From: Capsulimonadaceae bacterium | GTDB lineage: Bacteria > Armatimonadota > Armatimonadia > Armatimonadales > Capsulimonadaceae | Direction of reading: 5' to 3' | NCBI GenBank assembly: GCA_965215505.1 | Contig: OZ244065.1 | Coordinates: 3,040,001 to 3,104,000 of the forward strand | DNA: 64,000 nt | Part shown: positions 1-9,824 of the stretch, piece by piece | Layout: each line of letters starts with the position of its first letter | Position numbering within the stretch: the first letter of the stretch is position 1 | The notes under the pieces: model-generated | Database searches by the model: none | Seen by the model: the letters and a program-made list of their open reading frames with translations, nothing else | Told to the model about the DNA's origin: nothing | Made by a program: the position numbers and the translations under genes

Positions 1-390
1 GCCGGGGATGCGCGAAAAGTCTTTGGTATTGACCGTGACGACAATCATCCCTGCCGCAATGGCACTGGCAGCGACGCGGCAGTCCTGCGTGCCGACTAGC
101 TTTGTCTTGGCAGAGAAAGACGCATAAACCCGCGCGGCCTGCTCATTGTAGGGATGGATGCGGTAATCACACAGGTGAAACATCAAGCGCCTGAGAAACT
201 CGTGTGCAGCCGGAGCCCCTGCTTTATCTCTGTCCCTCTGGATCAGATTGAGTGCGCCGCGCATGTTCTCCTCAACGGCTATAGAACCCAGCCAGACTTC
301 TGACACAGGCGCCTGTTGGATGCGGGCAAGAACACGTTCGTTGCCTGCATAAGCCAAGGAGACTGAGTCCGTGTCGAATAAGAATGCCAT
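1..390 (-). CDS. PIN-domain (VapC-type) toxin, 3' end cut by window edge
   Basis: Manual translation from ATG 390: MAFLFDTDSVS...EENMRG...GTQDCRVAASAIAAGMIVVTVNTKDFSRIPG, with the PIN acidic motifs. Directly follows the small upstream ORF. Confidence 0.85.
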   Translation of the reverse strand, partial: MAFLFDTDSVSLAYAGNERVLARIQQAPVSEVWLGSIAVEENMRGALNLIQRDRDKAGAPAAHEFLRRLMFHLCDYRIHPYNEQAARVYASFSAKTKLVGTQDCRVAASAIAAGMIVVTVNTKDFSRIPG

Positions 391-603
391 CTATTCTGAT
401 GCCGCTGCCCACTCTAGCTCTGCCGCTGCTTTGTCCGCCTGGCGACTCGCCTGCAATTCAGCCAAGAAGTCGAGCCAGAGCGGATGGTCTACGAGGCTGT
501 TATCGGCCTCGGGCGTAAACGGTCCTCGTAAGGAACCCGTGCTTATGCTATTGCCTTCGACCGTCTGGCGCTCCCGCTTAGTGTCAACGACTGTGCTGCT
601 CAT
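391..603 (-). CDS. Putative antitoxin, 70 aa
   Basis: Small ORF whose stop abuts the PIN gene ATG, as in type II TA pairs. Confidence 0.65.
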   Translation of the reverse strand: MSSTVVDTKRERQTVEGNSISTGSLRGPFTPEADNSLVDHPLWLDFLAELQASRQADKAAAELEWAAASE

Positions 604-622
604 GGCCTGTTCTCCTATAAGC

Positions 623-662
623 GAAAGCGCCCCTACCCTGTTCCCAGGGCGGGGGCGCTTTC
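623..662 (-). terminator. Intrinsic terminator-like hairpin after sigma gene
   Basis: gaaagcgcccc...ggggcgctttc inverted repeat just past the stop at 677. Confidence 0.6.
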
Positions 663-676
663 TGTCATTTTTGCCT

Positions 677-1798
677 TTAGGCCCGGATGTCTACCGGCCC
701 CATGCGGCGCAGCTTCTTCAAGGCGCGCAGCTCGATCTGGCGGACGCGCTCGCGGGTGACCGCGAAGCGCTGGCCGACCTCTTCCAGGGTGTGCGCGTAG
801 CCGTCGTCCAGGCCGAAGCGCATACGGACCACGTCCCGCTCGCGCGGGGTCAGCTTATCCAGCACGGCGTCGAGCTGCTCACGCCGGATCAGGTTGACGG
901 CCGCATCCGAGGGCGACTGGTTGGCATTGCTCTGGATGAAGTCCGCGAGCTGGGCCGAGTCCTTCTCGCCGACCGGCGTCTCTAGGGACAGCGGCTCGGA
1001 AGCGATCCGCTTGATCTCGTTGACCCGCTCGACCGGCACTTCCATCTCGGCGGCCAGCTCGTCCTGGGTCGGCTCACGCGAGAGCTGCTGGCGCAGCAGG
1101 CCTTCGGTGCGGACCAGCTTGTGGATCGTCTCGGCCACATAGACCGGGATGCGGATGGTCCGCCCCTGGTTGATGACGGCGCGCGCGATGGCCCGGCGGA
1201 TCCACCAGGTGGCGTAGGTGCTGAACCGGTAGCCCTTGGTGTAGTCGAACTTCTCGACCGCCCGGATCAGGCCGATGTTGCCTTCCTGGATCAGGTCGGC
1301 CAGGCTGATGCCCGGCACCGAGTAGCGGCGGGCGATGCTGACGACGAGGCGCAGGTTGGCCTCCGTTAGAATGTCCTTCGCGCGCTGGTCACCGTCGGCG
1401 ACGCGGCGGGCGAGATCAATCTCCTCGTCGGCGCTCAGGAGCTTGGTGCTCTTGGTCTTCCGCATCCACATCTGAAGCGACTCGTCGCGCGGGTTGTCCT
1501 CAACGGGCGCGTACACGGTCTCCTGCGGCTCGTCCTCGGCGGCGTCCTCGACATCGTCGTCCTGGGCCGAGCCGTCCATGAGCGGCATGGCGGCGTCATC
1601 GTCCCCACCGACCGCCAGCGCCAGGAAGCGCGCCGCATCCGGGTCGTCCAAGGCCCCGCTGACGGCCATCGCCGCCTCGTCCGAACCAAAATCGGAGCCG
1701 CCGCGCCGCTCGTCCGACACAGCGAGTCCGCGCGGCAACGCTGCCGCTTTGTCCATCAGTGCTGTGTTGCTCCCCATTAGTTTCCCCTTTGTCCCCAT
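677..1798 (-). CDS. RpoD/SigA-family sigma-70 factor, non-primary paralog (start may be 1777)
   Basis: [42 protein letters not shown], and region 4 [20 protein letters not shown]. Confidence 0.92.
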   Translation of the reverse strand: MGTKGKLMGSNTALMDKAAALPRGLAVSDERRGGSDFGSDEAAMAVSGALDDPDAARFLALAVGGDDDAAMPLMDGSAQDDDVEDAAEDEPQETVYAPVEDNPRDESLQMWMRKTKSTKLLSADEEIDLARRVADGDQRAKDILTEANLRLVVSIARRYSVPGISLADLIQEGNIGLIRAVEKFDYTKGYRFSTYATWWIRRAIARAVINQGRTIRIPVYVAETIHKLVRTEGLLRQQLSREPTQDELAAEMEVPVERVNEIKRIASEPLSLETPVGEKDSAQLADFIQSNANQSPSDAAVNLIRREQLDAVLDKLTPRERDVVRMRFGLDDGYAHTLEEVGQRFAVTRERVRQIELRALKKLRRMGPVDIRA

Positions 1799-2107
1799 CC
1801 GTCACCGAAACCCCGCCTACCTCTATAAAACACCGCCGAGGCAGCCGAGGTTCCGTTTCCGGAAACGTGAATGATTGCGAATAAATGCCCGACAATCGCT
1901 GTCTTCTCTTCTTCTACGGAAGCAGGCCCTTCATTGTCACAAAAAAGTCTTGTTTTTTCAGTAATATTCGTTACGTTTATATAAAATTATTTCCGGCCCG
2001 TTTCGCGGAGACTTGGCATTCTACCCAGGCAGGCGTATTTTCAACCACGGAAGCGGGGGAACTCGGAGCGGAAGCGGGGCGGGCTGTGTCTGGCTACTTG
2101 ATGCGGA

Positions 2108-3148
2108 CTACTTGGTGGCGGGGAGTGGGCGCGGCTGTCGGCTGGCCCACGCGACGAAGAGGGCGACCAGGGGGCCATCCCACTGGCGGCCCGCGCCAGC
2201 CTGGAGTGTCTGCAAAGCTCTCTCAGGGGAGAAGGCGGGCCGATAGGGGCGCGGGGACAGCATGGCGTTGTAGGCGTCGGCGATGGCGACGATGCGCGCG
2301 CCCAGCGGGATCTGGTCGCCGGCCAGGCCGTCGGGGTATCCGCGTCCGTCCACGCGCTCGTGGTGGTGGCGGATGATCGGCAGTAGGGCGGCAGTGGAAC
2401 GGAGCGGGGCCATGATCTGCTCGCCCATGACCGTGTGCCGCTGCATCCGCTTCTGCTCCTGGTCGTCGAGCGCGCCGCGCTTCTGCAAAAGAGTATCGGG
2501 CAGGCCGATCTTGCCGACGTCACGCAGCATGGCCGCCTGCCCCAAAAGGCGCAGGGCCTCGTCGCTCAGGCCCAGTTCCTGGCCGATGGCCTGAGCATAA
2601 AGGGTGACGCGCCGCGTGGAGCCTTCCGGCTCGGCCTCGCCCTCGCGCGCCTCGACGGCCCGGCTGAGGGAGTAGATGACGTCCTCCACCTCGTCGAGCT
2701 GGTCGTTGAGCGCCTTGATCCGCAGGAGGGACTTGACGCGCGCCAACAGCTCGATGCGGCTGAAGGGCTTGGAGACGAAGTCGTCCGCGCCGGCCTCGAT
2801 CCCCTGCACGCGCTCCGCCGAGGTCGCCTGCGCCATGACCAGGATGACCGGGATGCGCCGGGTCCGCGCCTCCTCCTTGAGTCGGCGGCAGAGGTCGAAA
2901 CCGTCCCGGACGCCCGCGCCGCCTGCGGCATTCCCGGCGTCGAAGCCCCCGGCGGGCGGCAGGTGGGCGCAGAGCATGACGAGGTCGGGCCGGGCCGTCC
3001 GGGCGCATTCCAGCCCCTGCCGCCCGTCACAGGCGGTCAGGACGTCGTAGCGGGCGTCGGTCCGCAGGACGGCTTCGAGCAGGGTCCGGCTCATCGGCTC
3101 GTGGTCCACGACCAGGACGCGGGGTTTGGCTGTCAGAAGCTCATTCAC
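2108..3148 (-). CDS. Receiver + HD-GYP domain protein with degenerate motifs
   Basis: N-terminal receiver, then HHHERVDGRGYPDGL. Start re-called to GTG 3148, 6 nt after a CATAAT -10; the longer ORF reads through intergenic repeats. Confidence 0.85.
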   Translation of the reverse strand: MNELLTAKPRVLVVDHEPMSRTLLEAVLRTDARYDVLTACDGRQGLECARTARPDLVMLCAHLPPAGGFDAGNAAGGAGVRDGFDLCRRLKEEARTRRIPVILVMAQATSAERVQGIEAGADDFVSKPFSRIELLARVKSLLRIKALNDQLDEVEDVIYSLSRAVEAREGEAEPEGSTRRVTLYAQAIGQELGLSDEALRLLGQAAMLRDVGKIGLPDTLLQKRGALDDQEQKRMQRHTVMGEQIMAPLRSTAALLPIIRHHHERVDGRGYPDGLAGDQIPLGARIVAIADAYNAMLSPRPYRPAFSPERALQTLQAGAGRQWDGPLVALFVAWASRQPRPLPATK

Positions 3149-3230
3149 GCTCTTATTATGGGAAGTGCGGGGGGCGGGCGTTACCCGGTAAGAGCGCGGG
3201 ATTGGGGAGGCGGGATGGGCGCGGACAGGG

Positions 3231-3301
3231 AGGGCGGGGGTAAACCCCGCCCCTACACGGACAGGACCATCATCCGTAGGGGTAGGGTTCACCCCTACCC
3301 T
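3231..3301. repeat. Inverted pair of GTAG-type REP-like palindromes
   Basis: agggcgggggtaaaccccgcccctac and gtaggggtagggttcacccctaccct. Confidence 0.7.
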
Positions 3302-3346
3302 CCTTCCTGATTCCCTATCCTCCTCCTGATCCCCATGCTTCGCCAT

Positions 3347-4294
3347 TTAATCCTTCAGCCCCGTCATCACGATGCCCCGGACGAAGTAGCGCTGGCCCAG
3401 GAAGAACAGGATCAGGAGCGGGATCAGGACGATCACCGAGCCGGCCATCAGCAGGTTCCAGTCCGTGCCGCGGATGGTCTGGAAGGTCCGCAGGCCAAGC
3501 TCCAAGGTCTGGTTCTCGGTCGAGTTCAGGTAGATCAGAGGCCCCATCAGGTCCTTCCAGGCGTAGATGAAGGCGAACAAGCCGACCGTCACCAGGGCGG
3601 GGCGGCAGAGCGGCATCAAGACCTGCCAGTAGATCTGGAAGTAGCTCGCCCCGTCCAGCCGGGCCGCCTCGTCCAGCTCGCGCGGCAGCGTCATGAAGAA
3701 CTGGCGCAGCAGGAAGACGTTGAAGGCCCCGCCGAAGAAGGCCGGGACGATCAGGGGGTAGAGGGTGTCGATCCAGTGCAGATACCGGAAGCCGATGTAG
3801 GACGGCAGCAGGGTGATGATGCCGGGCAGCATCATAGTGGCGATCAGCAGCGTGAACAGCCGGTCCCGGCCGGGGAACCGGAGCCGCGAGAACCCGAAGG
3901 CGACGAGCGACGACGACAGCACGGTCCCGGCCGTGGACAGGACGGCGATGGTCAGGGTGTTGCGGAAGAAGGCGGCGAAGGTCACGTCCGTGCCCTCGAT
4001 GGTCCACGCCCGGACGTAGTTGATCCACTGCGGGGCGTGCGGCAAGGCCCACGGGCTTTGCGCGACTTCGGCGTCCGTCTTCAAGGACAAAGCCAGCATC
4101 AGGTAGAAGGGGACGAGCGTCAGGGCCGCCCCCGCGACGGCCAGCAGGAACAGTCCCAGTGCCGCCCGCTTGTCGGCATCGGAGGCGCGTACCCCCGCCC
4201 GGATGGCGGCGCGTTTGGGGGCGGTCGCTCCCGGCACGACGGGTTCCGGCGGCGACGCCGGGGTGACTGTATTGGGTGTAAGGGTATTGCTCAT
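3347..4294 (-). CDS. Carbohydrate ABC transporter permease (MalG-like)
   Basis: EAA loop LPRELDEAARLDGAS and several TM segments. Confidence 0.92.
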   Translation of the reverse strand: MSNTLTPNTVTPASPPEPVVPGATAPKRAAIRAGVRASDADKRAALGLFLLAVAGAALTLVPFYLMLALSLKTDAEVAQSPWALPHAPQWINYVRAWTIEGTDVTFAAFFRNTLTIAVLSTAGTVLSSSLVAFGFSRLRFPGRDRLFTLLIATMMLPGIITLLPSYIGFRYLHWIDTLYPLIVPAFFGGAFNVFLLRQFFMTLPRELDEAARLDGASYFQIYWQVLMPLCRPALVTVGLFAFIYAWKDLMGPLIYLNSTENQTLELGLRTFQTIRGTDWNLLMAGSVIVLIPLLILFFLGQRYFVRGIVMTGLKD

Positions 4295-4369
4295 TGGTTT
4301 TGCCTTGTGTTAAGGGTCTGTTTACAATAAGGGCGTTGGCGGGCCAGAAGTAGAACAAGTCGGGAGCAG

Positions 4370-4519
4370 GACGAGTGATTGAAATCACTCGCTCCGCTAG
4401 GATTTGTCCAGGGGACAAGGGAACCGACCGATGCCGGAGGCCCACCCGGCGTGGCCCTTGTTCCCATCTTCTGTCCCCTGGACAGGTCCGGCGTCAGCGA
4501 GTGATTTCAATCACTCGTC
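4370..4519 (+). mobile_element. ~150-bp nested-hairpin MITE/REPIN-like element, copy 1
   Basis: Ends gacgagtgattgaaatcactcgc / gcgagtgatttcaatcactcgtc, inner tgtccaggggaca / tgtcccctggaca. Five copies in the window. Confidence 0.8.
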
Positions 4520-4529
4520 ATGGGCCTCA

Positions 4530-4787
4530 CTATGGGACATGCGCGGCCCGCTTTACGTCCTGCGCCTGATTATGCGCCTGGAGCGGCGTCAATACCAGCA
4601 TACTGCCGATGGAAGTCACCAGCAGCAGTCCGAGCATGACCCAAAAGAAGACCTGGGGCCGGCGGAACTTGGGAAAGGCTTTGTAGAGCAGGCCGGTCAC
4701 CAACCCGGTGACGACAAGGCCGATCACTAAGCCCACCACCGTGTTCGTGGCTGTCCAATTTACTGTGCCGAGGTACGGGTTGTTCAT
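4530..4787 (-). CDS. Small hypothetical membrane protein (2 TM)
   Basis: MNNPYLG..., two hydrophobic stretches. Confidence 0.6.
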   Translation of the reverse strand: MNNPYLGTVNWTATNTVVGLVIGLVVTGLVTGLLYKAFPKFRRPQVFFWVMLGLLLVTSIGSMLVLTPLQAHNQAQDVKRAAHVP

Positions 4788-4836
4788 GGGCGTAATCCGT
4801 TCACGGCCGGTCCCAGGCTGAGGCTCAATAAGATCG

Positions 4837-5307
4837 CTAAGGCCCCAACCGCCATGCAACCTTATCCGATTTGATTGTCGCACAGAGCGGCTTCCCTTTG
4901 CTATCCTTCATGTCTGTGACCGCTGTGATGATCTGCCCATTCGTCAATGCTTCCTCCCCGACTTCCGAAAGGAGAGGATGCAGCGGGAGTTTGGCCCGCC
5001 CGAAGCCCGCCCACTCCTCATTCTTCCGCTCGCCCCAGCACAGATAGATAAATCGGTCTCGGGGCGTCCCCTGGGTATACGGGCCTAGAAAGTTCAGCAC
5101 GCCGGTTTCAGGGTTCCGCGCCACTCTGAGGGAAGCCAGAAAAGTCGCGCTGGTCGCTCCCGCGCCCACGTCGTCAATGATACGGGTGCCTTTCTGAATC
5201 CCGAGCCGGACACTGGTTCTCCCTTGGAACTGACTCCCTGGCAGGTTTTGACAGATGATCTGGATCCGTATTTCCTGCGAATTGATGGGATTATCCATGA
5301 AAAACAT
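4837..5307 (-). CDS. DUF5990-like protein
   Basis: GPYTQGTPRDRFIYLCWG, GRAKLPL and DSKGKPLCAT resemble the family pattern as recalled. Confidence 0.65.
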   Translation of the reverse strand: MFFMDNPINSQEIRIQIICQNLPGSQFQGRTSVRLGIQKGTRIIDDVGAGATSATFLASLRVARNPETGVLNFLGPYTQGTPRDRFIYLCWGERKNEEWAGFGRAKLPLHPLLSEVGEEALTNGQIITAVTDMKDSKGKPLCATIKSDKVAWRLGP

Positions 5308-5548
5308 TGCCCCCTGTCCGGAATGCGCCTGTTTCCTAGCCCTTCTTGGCCTCGCGACCTAACACCATAGCTCACTAACAGAATGGTCAGGAACAGCACC
5401 CAGGCGAGGACAACCATCACCGGCCCCAGATTGGAGCTAGAAGTTGATGCCGATCACTTGCCTTGTGACGCTTCAAAGTATGATGCCTTGGGGCGTAGGT
5501 TCCGGTGCATGTTTGACTGGTGGTTTCTAATTTCCCGGTGCCATGTCT

Positions 5549-5887
5549 CTACGCTGATTGCCGCTTGGGATGACCTCTTAAGACCCAGTTGTGTGCGAGG
5601 TTCTCCCACCCATCGCCCAGCAGTTGCAACTCCCCCGTATATGGGCTATCAATCTCCTCGACGTTTCCAACCGCCGTGACATAGATCGAGATGACTCGTA
5701 ATCCTACCACTCTGTCTTCAGCCTCTACCCTACTCTCCCCGGCACCGGTGAAAAGAGACACACTAACGAACTCATCATCAATTGAGATCGGCCCTGCATG
5801 AACACGTCCGGTGGCGTACTGTCGCCCGGCCCGCTGCTCCGCTCGATCCACCCAAAACTCTCTCAGCGATTCTTCCAAGTATGTCAC
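5549..5887 (-). CDS. Hypothetical protein in lower-GC segment
   Basis: 112-aa ORF, no recognised motif. Confidence 0.4.
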   Translation of the reverse strand: MTYLEESLREFWVDRAEQRAGRQYATGRVHAGPISIDDEFVSVSLFTGAGESRVEAEDRVVGLRVISIYVTAVGNVEEIDSPYTGELQLLGDGWENLAHNWVLRGHPKRQSA

Positions 5888-6008
5888 CGATTCAGCTCAC
5901 CGACTAGCGATCTATGGAGATGCCAGTAGCCCAGGAGTCGAATTGAACGGCATATGGCTAAACAAACAACCGATTTGGCCCCAATAAACGGGCATTATGC
6001 CGCGTCTC

Positions 6009-8387
6009 CTATTTCTCCTCCGCGCCCTCGTAATGCACCCACTTTGAAGCCCGCATCTGCAAGGCGGTGAAGCCTAAAATGATCAGGAACAGCACCCAGG
6101 CGAGGGCGCTGGCGTAGCCCATCTTGAGGAACTGGAAGGCGTTCTGGTAGAGGTACAGGACGTAAAACAGGGTCGCGTTGTTCGGCCCGCCCTGGGTCAT
6201 GACGAACCCCTGCGTGAAGACCTGGAACGAGCCGATGACGCCGATGATGAGCGTGAAGAAGATCGTCGGCGTCAGCAGCGGCAGGGTCACATGGCGGAAC
6301 CGCTGCCACACCGAGGCCCCGTCGAGCGAGGCGGCCTCGTAGTAGGACTGCGGGATGCCTTGCAGGCCCGCCAGATAGATCACCATGCCGCCGCCGATGC
6401 CCCACAGGCTCATCACGATCAGGCTGCCAAGCGCGGTCTTCTCCGACCCGAGCCAGTTGACGTAGCCCTTGGAGGGGTCGGTCAGGCCCAGGGCGTGCAT
6501 GGCGGGGTTCAGGTGCAGAGCGCCTAAAATCTGGTTCAGCAGGCCGCTCTCGGGGTTGAACAGGCGCAGCCAGATCAGGGAGGCGGCGACGACCGAGGCC
6601 ACCGAGGGCAGATAGAAGAGGGTGCGGAAGACGGACTGGCCGCGTATCTTGGTGTTCAGCAGCAGTGCCAGGCCCAGCGACCCGGCGACGCCCAGCGGGA
6701 CCGAGAAGACGGTATAGATGAGGGTCGCGCGCAGGCTCTTCCAGAACCGGTCGTCGCCGGCCATCTCGGCGAAGTTGCCCAGGCCCACCCACCTAGCAGG
6801 CCCGATCATGTCCCAGGACGAGAAGGCCAGCAGGAGCGAGACGAGCATCGGGCCGAGCAGGAAGACGACCGCGCCGATCAGCCAGGGCGAGATGAACAGG
6901 AAGCCGGCCCGCGCTTCCTCCCGCGACCCGACCTTCCGGCCCGCTTTCATGTCCTTCCGTGCCCCCTGCCACACCCAGGCGGCGATCAGGAATGTGACCA
7001 GGGCCATGCCGACCACGCCCAGGCCCCAGTTCAGCTTGGGGTGGTAGGGGGGGGTGTTGAGTTCATCGAGCTTCGCCTGCGCGGGCGGCGTGAACTCCTT
7101 CACCGCCTCGTCCGCCGTCACGGTCCCGTTCCAGACCAGTTGCAGCTCGGGCGTGATGATCGCGCTGATCTCCGACCACTTGGGGCTGAGGACCTCGAAG
7201 CGGATGTACGGCACCTCTTCGATGGTCAGCTTGCGGTTTCGCGGGCGCTCGTTGTCCAGCCAGAGGGAGGAGTTGGCGAGGCGGGCGATGGCGGGCTGGG
7301 CCAGGCCGCTCTTCGCCAGGTTGCTCAGGCCCACCGGCCCGGCCAGGTACTTGACCAGCTCCCACGACTCCTCCTTGTGCCGACTCGACGCCCCGATGCC
7401 GTAGCCGGACCAGCCGGTCTGGACGCCGTGCAGCCCGGTCGGGCCGGCGGGGAAGGGCGCGATGTCCCAGTCGAAGCCGGTGACCTCGGTGCGGAAGCGC
7501 GGCACCTCCCAGATGCCGCTGACATACATGGCGACCTTCCCCTGCGCGAACAGCTCGTGCGAGCCGACGCCGGACGAGGCCAGCTCGATGGCCGAGGGGG
7601 AGACGTTGTACTTGCCCATCAAGTCCTGCGTGAGCTGGATGGCGTTGACCACGCGCGGGTCGGTGTAAAGCAGCTTCGTCGGGTTGAGCAGGTCGTCCAC
7701 GAAGCCCGCGCCGGACGAGTAGACGAAGTTGTCCATGGTCCAGGTGTTGTCGCCGGCCGAGTAGCCGTAGACGGTGTCGCCGCCGCCCGCGCCCCGGCGG
7801 GTGAGCTTCTGGGCGACGTTCAGAAAGTCCTTGTCGCCGCGCTCCGGGTGCGGCGTATAGTCCCAGCGCCAGGAGCCGTCCGGGTAGGGGATGTGGGCCT
7901 TGTCGAACAGCGCCTTGTTGTAGTACACCAGCCCCATCGGCGCGATGTCGCGCGGCAGGGCGTACAGCTTCTGCCCGCTGCTGAAGGTGCGGATGAGCTG
8001 CGGGTAGTAGTCGGAGAGCTTGACGGACGGGTCGCTCCGGACCAGCGGCTTCAGGTCCAGCAGGACGCCCTTGTCGGCGAAGGTGGCGTAGCTGCCGCCG
8101 CAGAAGATGACGTCCGGGGTCAGGCCCGCCGCCCGCTCCAGCAGGAGCTTCTGGACATACTCGTCCCCGCTCGAAGTCACGCGCTCGCCGTGGACGGTGA
8201 CGCCGGGGTGGGCCGCCTCGAAGGCATCAATGGTCTTCTGGATGACCGCGATCTCCTTGAAGTCCCCCCAATACCGGAACCGGAGGACGACCGGGGGCGG
8301 GGCGGCTTGCGCTGGGGGCATCGCGGGCGGGGCGATCAGGAGGAGGGCCAGAAGAAGGCGAAATACGACGGTGTAGATCTTGTTCAT
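6009..8387 (-). CDS. Fused sugar-binding protein + ABC permease (MalF-like)
   Basis: Signal peptide, solute-binding region (LYALPRD, FDWDIAPFP), then TM domain with YYEAASLDGAS. Confidence 0.9.
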   Translation of the reverse strand: MNKIYTVVFRLLLALLLIAPPAMPPAQAAPPPVVLRFRYWGDFKEIAVIQKTIDAFEAAHPGVTVHGERVTSSGDEYVQKLLLERAAGLTPDVIFCGGSYATFADKGVLLDLKPLVRSDPSVKLSDYYPQLIRTFSSGQKLYALPRDIAPMGLVYYNKALFDKAHIPYPDGSWRWDYTPHPERGDKDFLNVAQKLTRRGAGGGDTVYGYSAGDNTWTMDNFVYSSGAGFVDDLLNPTKLLYTDPRVVNAIQLTQDLMGKYNVSPSAIELASSGVGSHELFAQGKVAMYVSGIWEVPRFRTEVTGFDWDIAPFPAGPTGLHGVQTGWSGYGIGASSRHKEESWELVKYLAGPVGLSNLAKSGLAQPAIARLANSSLWLDNERPRNRKLTIEEVPYIRFEVLSPKWSEISAIITPELQLVWNGTVTADEAVKEFTPPAQAKLDELNTPPYHPKLNWGLGVVGMALVTFLIAAWVWQGARKDMKAGRKVGSREEARAGFLFISPWLIGAVVFLLGPMLVSLLLAFSSWDMIGPARWVGLGNFAEMAGDDRFWKSLRATLIYTVFSVPLGVAGSLGLALLLNTKIRGQSVFRTLFYLPSVASVVAASLIWLRLFNPESGLLNQILGALHLNPAMHALGLTDPSKGYVNWLGSEKTALGSLIVMSLWGIGGGMVIYLAGLQGIPQSYYEAASLDGASVWQRFRHVTLPLLTPTIFFTLIIGVIGSFQVFTQGFVMTQGGPNNATLFYVLYLYQNAFQFLKMGYASALAWVLFLIILGFTALQMRASKWVHYEGAEEK

Positions 8388-8530
8388 AGGGGGTTCGACT
8401 TGCTTAGACGGGTGCGAAAATTGCCCCCGCCATTATGATACCTTATCGCATCATAATACCTGAAGAGGCTTGGTTTGGGTTCCGGGGTGTCAGAACAGTG
8501 GGTGCAGGGGACGGGCGGGACGAGCATTAG

Positions 8531-8679
8531 GACGAGTGATTGAGATCACTCGCTGGTCGGGACCTGTCCAGGGGACAGAGAACGGGGATCAGAAGCAGTC
8601 CGGGTGGGCGTCCGGGGTCGTCCGTTTCCCTTGTCCCTCGGACAAATCCAGCGTCAGCGAGTGATTTCAATCACTCGTC
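8531..8679 (-). mobile_element. ~150-bp element, copy 2 (reverse orientation)
   Basis: Same terminal and inner hairpins; the ggacctgtcc arm comes first. Confidence 0.8.
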
Positions 8680-8710
8680 CCCTCCTCGTCTCTCCCCGTC
8701 CTGTGATGCC

Positions 8711-9820
8711 CTAAAACTCCAGCCGCCCCTGCGACTCGTGCCGCCACAGCAGCTCCGCCAGCTTTACCTGCGGCGTCGCCACCGCATAGTCGGCCAGCGA
8801 CTCGCGCGTCACCCAGGCCACACGGGCGCAGCCGACGGCGACGGGCGCGGCACCGCCGCCCGCCACCGCCTCGTACCCGTGCAGGGTGATCCTCCGGTTG
8901 GCGACGACGTGCTTGACCGTCCCGAACGGGGCCGGACCTTGGACCGTGACGCCCACGCTCTCGCAGGCCGCTCGTGCCGCGCAGGTTTCTAATGCCTCGC
9001 CGTCCTGACGGGTGGCGCGCGGCAGTTCCCACAGTCCTCCCCACAGGCTCAGTTCGGGCGACCGCTGCACCAGCAGCACCTCTCCGGCGGGGTTGCGAAC
9101 GGCGACCGACACGTCCTCCACGTCCAGCCACTTCTTGACCGCCGTGAACTGCGGGAAGGCCGTCGGGTCGCCCAGGATGCGGGCCTTACATTCCGCGCTG
9201 ACTGGGCACGTCCCGCACTTGGGCGCTCCCGGCTCGCAGACCAGGGCACCGAGTTCCATCATCGCCTGGTTGAAATCCCCTGCCCGGCCCTTCGGGATGG
9301 CTTCCTCGGCCAGCCGCCACAGCTCGGCCTGCACCGAGGCAGAGGTCTTGGGGTCGCCGGCAACAGCATGGACGCGGGACAGGACCCGGATGACGTTGGC
9401 GTCCACGATGGGCGCTTCCTGATTGAAGGCGATGGACAGGATCGCCCCCGCCGTGTACCGCCCGATGCCCGGCAAGGACAGCAGCGTCTTCGGGTCGGTT
9501 GGCACCCGCCCCCCATGTTCCGCCACGACGGCTAATGCCCCTTTGTGCAGGTTCCGGGCGCGCGCATAGTACCCCAGTCCCGCCCAATGCTTCAGCACGT
9601 CGTCTAAGGGCGCTTCGGCGAGGGCCTGCACGGTCGGGAACCGGGCCATCCACTTGTTATAAAACGGGATGACGGCCGCCACCGTCGTCTGCTGCAACAT
9701 GATCTCGGACACCCAGACGGCATACGGGTCGTGGGCGAGCCGCCGCCAGGGCAGGTCGCGCTTGGCGGTGTCGTACCAGGCAAGGAGGTTAGGGGCGAAT
9801 TGTTCTTGCTGCTGCGTCAT
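8711..9820 (-). CDS. mutY: A/G-specific adenine glycosylase
   Basis: WVSEIMLQQT, WAGLGYYARARNL, HhH LPGIGRYTAGAI, FeS cysteine cluster, NUDIX-like tail. Confidence 0.96.
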   Translation of the reverse strand: MTQQQEQFAPNLLAWYDTAKRDLPWRRLAHDPYAVWVSEIMLQQTTVAAVIPFYNKWMARFPTVQALAEAPLDDVLKHWAGLGYYARARNLHKGALAVVAEHGGRVPTDPKTLLSLPGIGRYTAGAILSIAFNQEAPIVDANVIRVLSRVHAVAGDPKTSASVQAELWRLAEEAIPKGRAGDFNQAMMELGALVCEPGAPKCGTCPVSAECKARILGDPTAFPQFTAVKKWLDVEDVSVAVRNPAGEVLLVQRSPELSLWGGLWELPRATRQDGEALETCAARAACESVGVTVQGPAPFGTVKHVVANRRITLHGYEAVAGGGAAPVAVGCARVAWVTRESLADYAVATPQVKLAELLWRHESQGRLEF

Positions 9821-9824
9821 CGTG

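Noticed and set aside
4305-4320. Pho box upstream of the sugar permease
   Set aside because: Only one clear GTTAAG, without the 11-bp array.
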